Positions 9,004 to 17,418 of a DNA stretch of 28,594 nucleotides are shown here, piece after piece (the stretch's first letter is position 1; each line of letters begins with the position of its first letter). The stretch is from a virus (taxonomy: Duplodnaviria > Caudoviricetes). The notes under the pieces are model-generated. The model saw only the letters and a program-made list of their open reading frames with translations. It was not told the origin of the DNA and did no database searches. The position numbers and the translations under genes were made by a program. The stretch is from IMG/VR virus record IMGVR_UViG_3300020045_003705, positions 1 to 28,594 of that record; one strand, written 5' to 3'.

Positions 9004-9010
9004 CTATATC
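9000..9010 (+). promoter_or_regulatory. CTGACTATATC motif copy 4
   Basis: Exact 11-mer overlapping TGA stop, 6 nt before tape measure ATG. Confidence 0.7.
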
Positions 9011-9016
9011 AGAGGC

Positions 9017-10972
9017 ATGGCGAAGACCACCCAGTATCAAATCCAGCTGAAGGAAGAGGTCACCGCCCAACTCCGCAACATCGAGGGCAAGCTCTCCACT
9101 ACCAACGCCAAGATGGCCGAGATGGGCAAGACCCAGGCGAACGCCTTCGACGCCGCCAAGATGACCGCCTATGGTGCGTCCGCCGTGATGGCCCTCGGGA
9201 AGATCGCCGACTTCGTGGGCGACGCGGTCAAGGCTTACGGCGACTTCGAGGAGAAGTCCCTGCGCCTCACCGCTCAACTCAAGGTCAGCGGCAACCAACT
9301 GGGCCTCACCGCCTCCCAGGTGCTCAACCTCGCCTCTGCCCTTGAGGACGCCACGGGCATCGACGACAGCGCCCTTCTCGACGCGGTCGCCACCATGCAG
9401 ACCTTTCAAGACGTGACGGGCAAGACTTTTGAGGAAGCCATCAAGCAGTCGGCCAACATGAGCGTTGTCTTCGGTGATGTGGACACCGCCGCGAAGGCTC
9501 TCGGCAAGGCTCTCGACGACCCGACGAACGGACTGGCCGCGCTGTCGAAAGCCGGGGTTCGGTTCAACGACGCAGAGAAGGAGCAGATCGAACTACTGCA
9601 GTCCTCGGGCAACCTCCTGGGCGCGCAGACGATCATCCTCGACAAGATCAAGGGCAAGTTCGACGGTCTGGCCGAGTCGATCAACGTCGGGGTCAATGGC
9701 GCGCTTCGGAACCTGGCCAACGCTTGGGACGACACAATGAAGCAGATGGGTGCGGCGGCGTTCGACGCCTACGAGCCCATGATCAAGTGGGCAACCGAGG
9801 CGCTGAAGGGCGTCAATAAATCCCTTGCCAAAGACTACACAATTGATGAACTGACCAAGCAGCTGGCCGCCGCCGACGCCTACATGAAGGCTAGGGGGCT
9901 GACCTCTGGCGACACGTGGGACATGTCGGTCAGGACGCGCAACGACATCAATTCGAGGTTGCAGTCGAGGCTTCACGCTCCCGGGACCAGTCTTCCGGGC
10001 ACTGGGTCAACAGTCCCGTTGCCGCCCCTCCCGTCCAACACCGTCGCGCAACTCGGCGGCTATGAGTCTTGGTCGCCCGACGCGCTGTCTACTCTCGGCG
10101 GCATGATGCCCGTCGGCTCGACGCCCATTGGCACCGGGCTCGACCTGTCGCTCGCCCAACCCGTGTCGACTGCCTTGCAGGATGAGATTGACGCCTGGGC
10201 CACCCAGACCGCGCTCATGCAGGAGTTCTACGACAGCGACGAAGTGGCGGCCAACGAGAAGGCAGCCCGCGACAAGAAGAACGCCGACGACCTTTTCGCC
10301 AGCCTGGGGAAGGGCTGGGAAATGGTGTCGGGCACCTTCGCCCTCTACGCCAAGCTCCAAGAGGACGCCACCCAGGCCAACCTTGACCGCATGGGCCGTG
10401 AGCTTGAGGAGTACACCGCCGCTCAAGACCTCAAGATCGAGATTGCCCGCCGCAACGGTGAGGACACGGGTCAGATGGAAGTCGACCGCGCGAATGAGCT
10501 CTACCTCCGCAAGAAGGAACTGAATGACGCCGAACGCGAGGCCAAGAAGAAGGCTTGGAAGGCTCAGAGAGATGCGTCGATCACCGAGGCCCTGATGGCG
10601 GGTGCGGTCGCAGGACTCGACGCCCTCAAGCTTCTGCCCAACATCCCGCTTGCCCTTGCGATGGGAGCCTTGGCCGCTGGCACAACCATCGCCAACATCG
10701 GCCTCATCTCAGGCCAGAAGATGCCCGCCTTCGCGCAGGGCGGTATCGTCCCTGGCAACTCCTTCAGCGGCGACCAGGTACTCTCCCGGCTCAACTCCCG
10801 CGAGATGGTGCTCTCCCTTCCGCAGCAGGCCCGACTTCTCTCGCTTGCCAATGGGGGCGGGGGAGGCGGCACCACGATCATCATCGACAAGGTCTACGGC
10901 AACGTGGATCAGGAATTCGTCGCCTCACTCAACCGCGCGCAGGACTTGCGTGACTACCGGGGGATCGCTTGA
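9017..10972 (+). CDS. Tape measure protein
   Basis: Ala-rich helical; LGKALDDP..GLAALSKAGVRF; C-terminal FAQGGIVPG..GDQV..RLNSREMVL. Confidence 0.92.
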   Translation: MAKTTQYQIQLKEEVTAQLRNIEGKLSTTNAKMAEMGKTQANAFDAAKMTAYGASAVMALGKIADFVGDAVKAYGDFEEKSLRLTAQLKVSGNQLGLTASQVLNLASALEDATGIDDSALLDAVATMQTFQDVTGKTFEEAIKQSANMSVVFGDVDTAAKALGKALDDPTNGLAALSKAGVRFNDAEKEQIELLQSSGNLLGAQTIILDKIKGKFDGLAESINVGVNGALRNLANAWDDTMKQMGAAAFDAYEPMIKWATEALKGVNKSLAKDYTIDELTKQLAAADAYMKARGLTSGDTWDMSVRTRNDINSRLQSRLHAPGTSLPGTGSTVPLPPLPSNTVAQLGGYESWSPDALSTLGGMMPVGSTPIGTGLDLSLAQPVSTALQDEIDAWATQTALMQEFYDSDEVAANEKAARDKKNADDLFASLGKGWEMVSGTFALYAKLQEDATQANLDRMGRELEEYTAAQDLKIEIARRNGEDTGQMEVDRANELYLRKKELNDAEREAKKKAWKAQRDASITEALMAGAVAGLDALKLLPNIPLALAMGALAAGTTIANIGLISGQKMPAFAQGGIVPGNSFSGDQVLSRLNSREMVLSLPQQARLLSLANGGGGGGTTIIIDKVYGNVDQEFVASLNRAQDLRDYRGIA

Positions 10973-13900
10973 GCACCTACTCCGTCCAGGTCAAATGGCC
11001 CGGTGATCCGTCGTTCACGGACCTAACCCCGGCGACCGATCGCAACTACAGCTTCGACCTCTACTCATGCGCCAAGGACTTCAAGTTTGTGAAGAATACG
11101 TTTCAGGTCGAGGTAGTCTACTCCTCGGCCCTGGCGCTCAAGCTGTTGTCCCTGCTACCCTCCGACCTCGTGCCCTTCACTGTCGACAAGGACGCGGTGC
11201 GCATCTTCACCGGCTACCTCATCCCTGTCGACTCCGTGGGCTATGCGTCTTGGCGGCGCACCACGATCCCGCTGACCGTGCAAGACCCGTCCCTGGCCCT
11301 GGACTGCGCCCTCGCTTCGGATCTGGTGTACCTCGACCACTGGCTGTCCAAGCCCTCCGACACGGCGCACTCGCTCCTGCACAAGCTCTTTCCCATGGCC
11401 TCGGCGACGGTCGCCTACACCCCGCCCAACACCGCGACGACCTCGACCATGGGCGGCGTGTTCAACCCCGAAACCAACAACTACCTCCCGCTGTTCCTGG
11501 CCACCGCTGGCGACAACCTCCTCGAGGCCCTGACTAATCTTCTGTGGCAACAGGGATGGCGCTGGTGGTTCGACGCTGACGGAACCGCTCAGTTTGCGCC
11601 CTGGATCAACACAGTCGGCGCTTCAGTCACCTTCTCGGTTGCCAACGAAAACGTCATCGACGGGTCTTTCCGCATCGACCGGACGGGGTTCGTTGAGGAC
11701 TCGGTTGAGGTGGAATACTCGACGGCCGGCACTCTTGTTCACATCGGCAAGACTGGGGAAGGGTGGTCATGCTTCAAGGCTTCCGACCCCGCGCAGACCA
11801 TACCGCTCAAGATCGATGGTACGGCCCAGAAGTCCCTTGAGGTCGCCTACTCGTCCACCACTCAAATCACCATCGTCGCCCCTGCCGAAGCGGGTGGGAA
11901 GTCGTTGCTGACGTGGGGCATCGCCAAGATACGCTTCTTTGTGCAGGACCGATGGCACTACGACAATTGGGCCCACGTCCAGGCGGGCGTGGACGGGTCC
12001 GGGTACGTCATCCCCACCTACCAGCACATCGTAGGAGATCTGTACCTTGGCCGCCGCTGGCTTGAGCTCGACACTGGAACCGGCGTGGTGACCGAAGTCT
12101 CCCGCATCGACGCCACCTACGGGACCCTTGGTTTCAGCGTCACGGGCTACTCCTATTCTTCGGGCGTGATCAACTTCAACCTCGTGGCCTCCGGCGCGCC
12201 AACACTAGGGACCGCCCTCCAGATAGGCATCCAGATCCCCGACCTCACGGGCACGGTTCACGGCGACAACCTGACGGCCAAGAGCACCGGAGCGCGCGGG
12301 ACTAAGGCGAAGAAGTACCGCGTCGGCCTCCCGACAAATGAGGCCATGGCCGAGAACCTCGCGGACTTCCTGCGACAGAACCTCATCGGACTTCCTCAGG
12401 TCTACGCGCTCAAGTCCTATGGCGACTACGCGCTCGGGGCCGGGTGCACTGTGGACATCGGCGGCATCACGGCCACCGGGTTCATCCACGGGAAAAGCTA
12501 CGACGAATCCTCGCGGTCCTTCGGCTACAAGATCAAGCAGTTGTCTGCCGCCACCACGGGGACCACGACGATCACTTCGCCAACCGACGACGACAGCAAC
12601 CTCGTGCCCGACCTGGTGCCTGAGCCTCCGGTCGAGGAATACTACATCCTGACCTCCTCTGCTTCCGTGGCCATGGCCGCGTCCGGGGCGATGAGTCCCG
12701 CGACCCTCTACGCCACGGGGTACCGCAGACTCGGCGGCGGTGACGGTGTCCCGATCCTGGGGCGCTTCAAGATCTACGAGACGGCAGACGGCACGACCTG
12801 GACGACGGTCTACACTTCGGCCTCCGACGAGGCGTCGAAGGACTACGCGCCGTCCGTGGCCGCAACCAAGGGTATCAAGTTCGAGTTCTTCGCCGCCGGC
12901 GGGACTGTGACACTACTGGCCGTGTACAACGTCTCGGTCGCCGTGGCCTCTGACTACGTGGCCGAGTTCGTCGTCGATGCGGTCGCCACCCAGACGGCGA
13001 AGTATCGCGGCTGCTTCACCGTTGACCCCGCCGTGGACAACCACTTGGGCGACCTCTACCTCTACACCACGTCCCTCACTACCGGAGCGGGCGACTCGGT
13101 CCTTCGCATCTACACGCTGTCCGGGTGGGCCGACGTCACCTCACCGACGAGCGACCAGATCGCGCTCGCACAAGGGGACATCTTCAGGCGAGCAACCTTC
13201 CTCGAGGGTGGCGTGATCGTCCCCGTTCGCTCGACTGACTTCGTCCTTCGCCTGTTCAGCGAGTTCATCAGCGCCTACTCGGTGCAGTTCCAGGATACGG
13301 TCGGCTCGACGGCTGGCGGCGGCGGCACTCCCACGGCTGGCGACATGCTGATTTACATGGGCAAAGATCCGCGCCTGACGGGGACTCGTCCCTACGAGTT
13401 CGCCATCAAGGAATTCATCGGGTCCAATGGAGTTCAGGAGGAATGGATGGCTCACTTGCTCACGAAGTTTTTGACCAGCGGCGTGCTGGCGTTGGTGTTG
13501 TCAGGGTGTCTTCAGGCGACACAGGTCACCTCGTCGCCGGGGAAGGTGTGGAACGAGGTTACCCATCCTTTCGGCGCTTCGCAGATATTGATAGTGGCAC
13601 ACGGCAACGGCGTATGGGTTGCCGTTGGTGTGTCGGGCAAGATTGCTCGTTCTACTGACGACGGCGTGACCTGGGGATCGCTTATCACGAACCCGTTTGG
13701 GACCGATTCAATAACCACTGTTGAGTACAGCAACGGCGTATGGGTTGCCGTTGGTGTGTCGGGCAAGATTGCTCGCTCTACGGACGGTGGTGTGACCTGG
13801 GGATCGCTTATCACGAACCCGTTTGGGACGTCTACCATAAACACGCTCTCCAGTGGAAACGGCACCTGGATCGCTGGCGCAGATGGTGGCAAGATTGCTC

Positions 13901-14619
13901 GCTCTACGGACGGTGGTGTGACATGGGGATCGCTTATCACGAACCCGTTTGGGGCTACGATTATTCGCTCAATCTCACACGGAACTGGAAGCTGGATCGC
14001 TGGCGGGGATACCGGCAAGGTTGCGCGATCCACTGACGACGGAGTCACATGGCTGGCGGTGTCTACAGAGATTTCGTCCCATGGGACAGCTTTGTCTTGG
14101 GGCGGGTTGGATTTCTCTGACCTTGGGTCGTTCGTAATGATTGGATACGACGGAATCTCTGCCTCCTACATCCTCCGCTCCATCCCCCTCGAAGCTGGCG
14201 GCGGCGTGGTCGGCAAGGGTATCGAGGCGCGAGGACGCTACATCGACATGAGCGATGGTACCCGCATCTGGAACACGGTCAACGACTCCCGCATCACCAC
14301 GGGGACGGTCAACCGGACGGAGACTGTGGTGGCGCTGGAGGTAGGGCAGATGGCCCTCATTGAGTGGGCGTGTGGAATCACCGGAGGCACGGCCAGGGCA
14401 ATCACATTCGCCCTCCCTGCCGTGGGCACGTATCAGGTCGACATTGACCTCGCGCTCGTCCCGACCAACGTTCTCGCGGCATCGGTCCACTCGGCCATCG
14501 CTGGTGGCAAAGTCTACTCGGGCGGCACTGTGGCCGGTGGTTCAAGTGTCGTCGTCAACGGTTTGGTTACCAGTGGATTTTCTGAGATCTTCAGCGGAAC
14601 CGTCAAGCGAATCACGTAA
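10969..14619 (+). CDS. Large tail tip/fibre protein with Asp-box beta-propeller repeats
   Basis: 1216 aa beta-rich, follows tape measure; four 42-aa repeats with STDxGVTW; GRYIDMSDGTRIW fibre C-terminal motif. Confidence 0.85.
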   Translation: MSTYSVQVKWPGDPSFTDLTPATDRNYSFDLYSCAKDFKFVKNTFQVEVVYSSALALKLLSLLPSDLVPFTVDKDAVRIFTGYLIPVDSVGYASWRRTTIPLTVQDPSLALDCALASDLVYLDHWLSKPSDTAHSLLHKLFPMASATVAYTPPNTATTSTMGGVFNPETNNYLPLFLATAGDNLLEALTNLLWQQGWRWWFDADGTAQFAPWINTVGASVTFSVANENVIDGSFRIDRTGFVEDSVEVEYSTAGTLVHIGKTGEGWSCFKASDPAQTIPLKIDGTAQKSLEVAYSSTTQITIVAPAEAGGKSLLTWGIAKIRFFVQDRWHYDNWAHVQAGVDGSGYVIPTYQHIVGDLYLGRRWLELDTGTGVVTEVSRIDATYGTLGFSVTGYSYSSGVINFNLVASGAPTLGTALQIGIQIPDLTGTVHGDNLTAKSTGARGTKAKKYRVGLPTNEAMAENLADFLRQNLIGLPQVYALKSYGDYALGAGCTVDIGGITATGFIHGKSYDESSRSFGYKIKQLSAATTGTTTITSPTDDDSNLVPDLVPEPPVEEYYILTSSASVAMAASGAMSPATLYATGYRRLGGGDGVPILGRFKIYETADGTTWTTVYTSASDEASKDYAPSVAATKGIKFEFFAAGGTVTLLAVYNVSVAVASDYVAEFVVDAVATQTAKYRGCFTVDPAVDNHLGDLYLYTTSLTTGAGDSVLRIYTLSGWADVTSPTSDQIALAQGDIFRRATFLEGGVIVPVRSTDFVLRLFSEFISAYSVQFQDTVGSTAGGGGTPTAGDMLIYMGKDPRLTGTRPYEFAIKEFIGSNGVQEEWMAHLLTKFLTSGVLALVLSGCLQATQVTSSPGKVWNEVTHPFGASQILIVAHGNGVWVAVGVSGKIARSTDDGVTWGSLITNPFGTDSITTVEYSNGVWVAVGVSGKIARSTDGGVTWGSLITNPFGTSTINTLSSGNGTWIAGADGGKIARSTDGGVTWGSLITNPFGATIIRSISHGTGSWIAGGDTGKVARSTDDGVTWLAVSTEISSHGTALSWGGLDFSDLGSFVMIGYDGISASYILRSIPLEAGGGVVGKGIEARGRYIDMSDGTRIWNTVNDSRITTGTVNRTETVVALEVGQMALIEWACGITGGTARAITFALPAVGTYQVDIDLALVPTNVLAASVHSAIAGGKVYSGGTVAGGSSVVVNGLVTSGFSEIFSGTVKRIT
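13605..14053 (+). repeat. 126-bp tandem coding repeat (about 3.5-4 units)
   Basis: CAACGGCGTATGGGTTGCCGTTGGTGTGTCGGGCAAGATTGCTCG at 13605 and 13731; GGGGATCGCTTATCACGAACCCGTTTGGG three times. Confidence 0.9.
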
Positions 14620-14630
14620 GGAGCACCACT

Positions 14631-15344
14631 TTGAACATTCTGCAACTGATCCTCGACGCCGCCCGAGACTGGGGTGGCACCTTCCGTCTGGCCTTCCTCT
14701 TCACCCTCATGGTCGTCGTCGTCGCCGTGGGACTGTGGGGCATCGCTACCTACATCCTACCGGCGCTCGTCCAGGTGGTCCGCTCGCTCGTCAAGGGCAA
14801 GAAGGTCACCACGCCCGTGGGTACCCTGGAAGACGCCGCCGTACCCGCTCCTGACGCCGAGTGTGGCCCCCCTGAGTCGGTGCCGCTGGACAAGGTCGAC
14901 GAGATGGCTCTGGCGCACCCGAGGGACGTCAAGGCCACGGTGATGAGCCGCCAGCTTGACGAGATGTGGGACGCCCTGCGAGGCGTGACGCAGATGATTG
15001 CAGGCGGGATCAAGGAAGAGGACCACGGCGCACACCTCGCCAAGCGCGACCACGTGCGGATTGTGCTCGACGGTCAGGTTGAGGTCATCGTGCGCCGGCT
15101 GATCCACAACGGACTCGACGCGCTGGCCGACCGGGACGAGGAGGCGTACTGCAAGGACAAGGCCGAGCGACTCTACCACGCCATCGCTGACGACCTCGAA
15201 GAACGGCTACTGGCCCGGAACGTGGACCACCTGGATCTGCACCAGGCGCTTGAGAGCGGTCGGCCCGTGGTGCTCGACAGACTACGGGGGATGTACCGGG
15301 CTTGCATCGCCATCGCGAAGAGCGCCTATCGGGAGTGTGCGTGA
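14631..15344 (+). CDS. Membrane protein with N-terminal TM segment, holin candidate
   Basis: AAGGAG RBS, TTG start, long hydrophobic stretch aa ~20-50, coupled to endolysin. Confidence 0.55.
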   Translation: MNILQLILDAARDWGGTFRLAFLFTLMVVVVAVGLWGIATYILPALVQVVRSLVKGKKVTTPVGTLEDAAVPAPDAECGPPESVPLDKVDEMALAHPRDVKATVMSRQLDEMWDALRGVTQMIAGGIKEEDHGAHLAKRDHVRIVLDGQVEVIVRRLIHNGLDALADRDEEAYCKDKAERLYHAIADDLEERLLARNVDHLDLHQALESGRPVVLDRLRGMYRACIAIAKSAYRECA

Positions 15345-15784
15345 TGGGCGGGCTCGTTCGTGACGTCGAGGCGCTGGAGCCTCGCACCAGGTACATGGTC
15401 AAATGCGCCCTCGAGAAGATCAAGGCGGCGGGGCTTTCGGTCTACATCTCCGAAACCCACCGCTCCGTCCTGACCCAAAAGGCGTACTTCGCTCAGGGTC
15501 GGGAGTCGACGGCCGCAGTCAACGCCAAGCGCCGAGACGCGGGACTGTGGGCCATCAGCGAGGGCGAGAACCGCAAGGTGGTCACCTGGACCCTGGACAG
15601 TCGCCACCTCATCGGGCAAGCCATTGACGTGGTGCCAGCCCTAGGCAACGGTCAGCCTCGATGGAACGCCCCCCGGGCCGACTACGAAGCACTCGCGGCG
15701 TACTTCAAGGCCGAGGGTCTGGAGTGGGGCGGGGACTGGAAGGGCAAGGAAGATCTGCCGCACTACCAACTGAGGCAGTCGTGA
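15344..15784 (+). CDS. Endolysin, peptidase M15 (L-Ala-D-Glu type)
   Basis: ETHRS..Q..YFAQGR, SRHLIGQAID (SxHxxGxAxD), WGGDW..DLPHYQ. Confidence 0.93.
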   Translation: MGGLVRDVEALEPRTRYMVKCALEKIKAAGLSVYISETHRSVLTQKAYFAQGRESTAAVNAKRRDAGLWAISEGENRKVVTWTLDSRHLIGQAIDVVPALGNGQPRWNAPRADYEALAAYFKAEGLEWGGDWKGKEDLPHYQLRQS

Positions 15785-16305
15785 AATGGGCGTCACTCGG
15801 TCGCTCATCCTGTTCGTCCTCGGGTTCGCTGTTGGCGCTGTCGCTGTTCTGTGCGTTGTGCTTCTTCGCCCTCCCGTCGCCTCTGACCGCGCAATCGACA
15901 ACCAGCGCGCCGCTGCCGCCCGTACAGCCGCAGAGCGTGGGCTGGTCCTTGAGCAAAGCCTCGCTCGAGTTGGTGACGCGCTTGACCGAGCGCAACGACG
16001 AGGTGCGGACCTTGCTCGCCAAGTTGGCGAGCTCCGAAGCGAGATGGCAAGCGGCCGAGAACAAAGTCACGAGCTTGTCGTTGACGGTGGACGCCTTGCA
16101 GACGGACTTGCTGGCGACCTCGAACTTGCTCGGCTCATCGCGGAAGGAGTTGGTCGACTACAGGGCGGCAGTCGCAACCGTCCACGACCTCGACCGGGCG
16201 GCGGTGAAGCTGGCCCGCGACCAGCGCGACGGCGCGGCCCTTGGCGGGCTCATCGTCGGCGCGATCCTAGTCGAGCTTGCCCACTTAGTTGGATGGATGC
16301 CTTAG
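15781..16305 (+). CDS. Spanin-like protein: N-terminal signal/Cys, coiled coil, C-terminal TM
   Basis: GTGA overlap with endolysin stop; LLALSLFCALCFFAL; heptad core; ALGGLIVGAILVELA. Confidence 0.65.
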   Translation: MKWASLGRSSCSSSGSLLALSLFCALCFFALPSPLTAQSTTSAPLPPVQPQSVGWSLSKASLELVTRLTERNDEVRTLLAKLASSEARWQAAENKVTSLSLTVDALQTDLLATSNLLGSSRKELVDYRAAVATVHDLDRAAVKLARDQRDGAALGGLIVGAILVELAHLVGWMP

Positions 16306-16631
16306 GCTGTAGGCGGTTGCTTGCGAGGGCGACCGCCTTTCTTCCCGTTCTCCGCGCTGGTGGGCTTCTTGGCGAGGCCACCCTTTCGGCCCATGGTGGC
16401 GGCGGCGGACTCGAGAGTGGCAATGGCCTCGTTGGCGATACGCTCATTATCCTCGGGAGTCCTGAGCGCCGCCTGCACGTCTGTAAGGTAGTGCATTGCA
16501 AGCCCGGTCAGTTGCCCCTTGTTTGCGTATGCCATCTCTCGGATGGCCAGCAGTACGTCTGCAAGTTCGCGCTTTGTCGCAAACATGACGATTTCCCCTC
16601 GGTCGTGGATTTTGGCAACTACCTCTTGTAG
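15786..16631 (+). CDS. i-spanin-like protein: N-terminal TM plus coiled coil (only first ~130 aa protein-like)
   Basis: LILFVLGFAVGAVAVLCVVLL then helical region; embedded in alternative frame; tail beyond ~16180 looks non-coding. Confidence 0.5.
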   Translation: MGVTRSLILFVLGFAVGAVAVLCVVLLRPPVASDRAIDNQRAAAARTAAERGLVLEQSLARVGDALDRAQRRGADLARQVGELRSEMASGREQSHELVVDGGRLADGLAGDLELARLIAEGVGRLQGGSRNRPRPRPGGGEAGPRPARRRGPWRAHRRRDPSRACPLSWMDALGCRRLLARATAFLPVLRAGGLLGEATLSAHGGGGGLESGNGLVGDTLIILGSPERRLHVCKVVHCKPGQLPLVCVCHLSDGQQYVCKFALCRKHDDFPSVVDFGNYLL

Positions 16632-16652
16632 GACTTTATTTTCATCGGTCAT
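16302..16652 (-). CDS. 116-aa protein with basic KGG..KGGRPRK (AT-hook-like) tail, putative DNA-binding regulator
   Basis: AAGGAG RBS before ATG 16652; C-terminus AAATMGRKGG..ENGKKGGRPRK. Confidence 0.8.
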   Translation of the reverse strand: MTDENKVLQEVVAKIHDRGEIVMFATKRELADVLLAIREMAYANKGQLTGLAMHYLTDVQAALRTPEDNERIANEAIATLESAAATMGRKGGLAKKPTSAENGKKGGRPRKQPPTA

Positions 16653-16664
16653 TTTTGATCTCCT

Positions 16665-16723
16665 TGGCTTCCGCCGACGCTTTCGCGTTTCGGCCCGGAG
16701 CCACCGGGCCATCATCAGGGCGG
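16665..16723 (-). ncRNA. Type I hammerhead ribozyme with loop II pseudoknot
   Basis: Minus strand: CCGCC-CUGAUGA-U-GGCCCGG(UGGCU)CCGGGCC-GAA-ACGC(GAAA)GCGU-C/GGCGG-A-AGCCA; all core bases and three perfect stems. Confidence 0.93.
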
Positions 16724-17176
16724 CTAGTAGGTTCGCCCTCCGAGGGTCATCATGGAGTCGACTCCCTTGGCGTGGGCGGCGTATTCGCGCTCGTCCTTTT
16801 CGGCGTTGGCAACGATAGCCTGGTAGTCGATCCAAGTCTGATCGGCTTCGGCCTCGGCGACAACTTCGGCGTAGAGCGCCTTGATGGCGTAGTAGTGGGA
16901 GGGGTCGGAGAAGGATAGTGCATCGGCCTGCCCGCCAATATGCTTGCGTCCATTAAGTTCTGCGTCTCCAGCTGGAATCCACATCCCGATAACAGTCTTG
17001 CCGCCGAACTTCGCGGTGATGTCAGTGGTGTTGATCGTGACGCGCTCGTCGACTTCGACTTCCCAGCCGTCAGCCGAGGTGGCCTTGCGGACCATCTTGC
17101 TTTCGCGTTCGGCGGTGATTGTCACGTAGACGGTTCCAATCTTGCTTTCCCAACTGTAAGTCTTGCTCGCTTTCAT
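16724..17176 (-). CDS. Hypothetical protein (150 aa)
   Basis: AAGGAG RBS, first gene after strong promoter; no family recognised. Confidence 0.85.
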   Translation of the reverse strand: MKASKTYSWESKIGTVYVTITAERESKMVRKATSADGWEVEVDERVTINTTDITAKFGGKTVIGMWIPAGDAELNGRKHIGGQADALSFSDPSHYYAIKALYAEVVAEAEADQTWIDYQAIVANAEKDEREYAAHAKGVDSMMTLGGRTY

Positions 17177-17197
17177 TTCTTCGATCTCCTTAATACC

Positions 17198-17226
17198 AAT
17201 ATAAACCTAATCGCTTAGGTTGTCAA
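17198..17226 (-). promoter_or_regulatory. Sigma70 promoter with palindromic operator in the spacer
   Basis: TTGACA-17-TATATT on minus strand; AACCTAA-TCGC-TTAGGTT at 17204-17221. Confidence 0.88.
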
Positions 17227-17418
17227 AGGAAATCGGTGGAAATCGTAAAGACTTGCTGGCGGGCGCTGGCGGGGTTATCCTTGGAGCATTGGCGGTGCTA
17301 GGGGCCAAGGCTATGGGGTGGATTAGGTAGCCTTTCCAGCCTGCAAAAGCGTGTGGAATCAACCCCAGCGTCAACCCTGCCGCCAGCAAGTCCTTTACCC
17401 ACATGACCGTGCCACTCC

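Noticed and set aside
13605-14619. Diversity-generating retroelement TR/VR in the fibre gene
   Set aside because: Repeats are tandem coding blades, differences are not adenine-specific, and no reverse transcriptase is in the window
556-15179. Many long minus-strand ORFs across the late region
   Set aside because: Antisense shadows expected from high GC3; no RBS or recognisable motifs
16653-16835. N-terminal extension of the 177-aa minus ORF
   Set aside because: Runs through the ribozyme and upstream gene; ATG 16652 has a strong RBS
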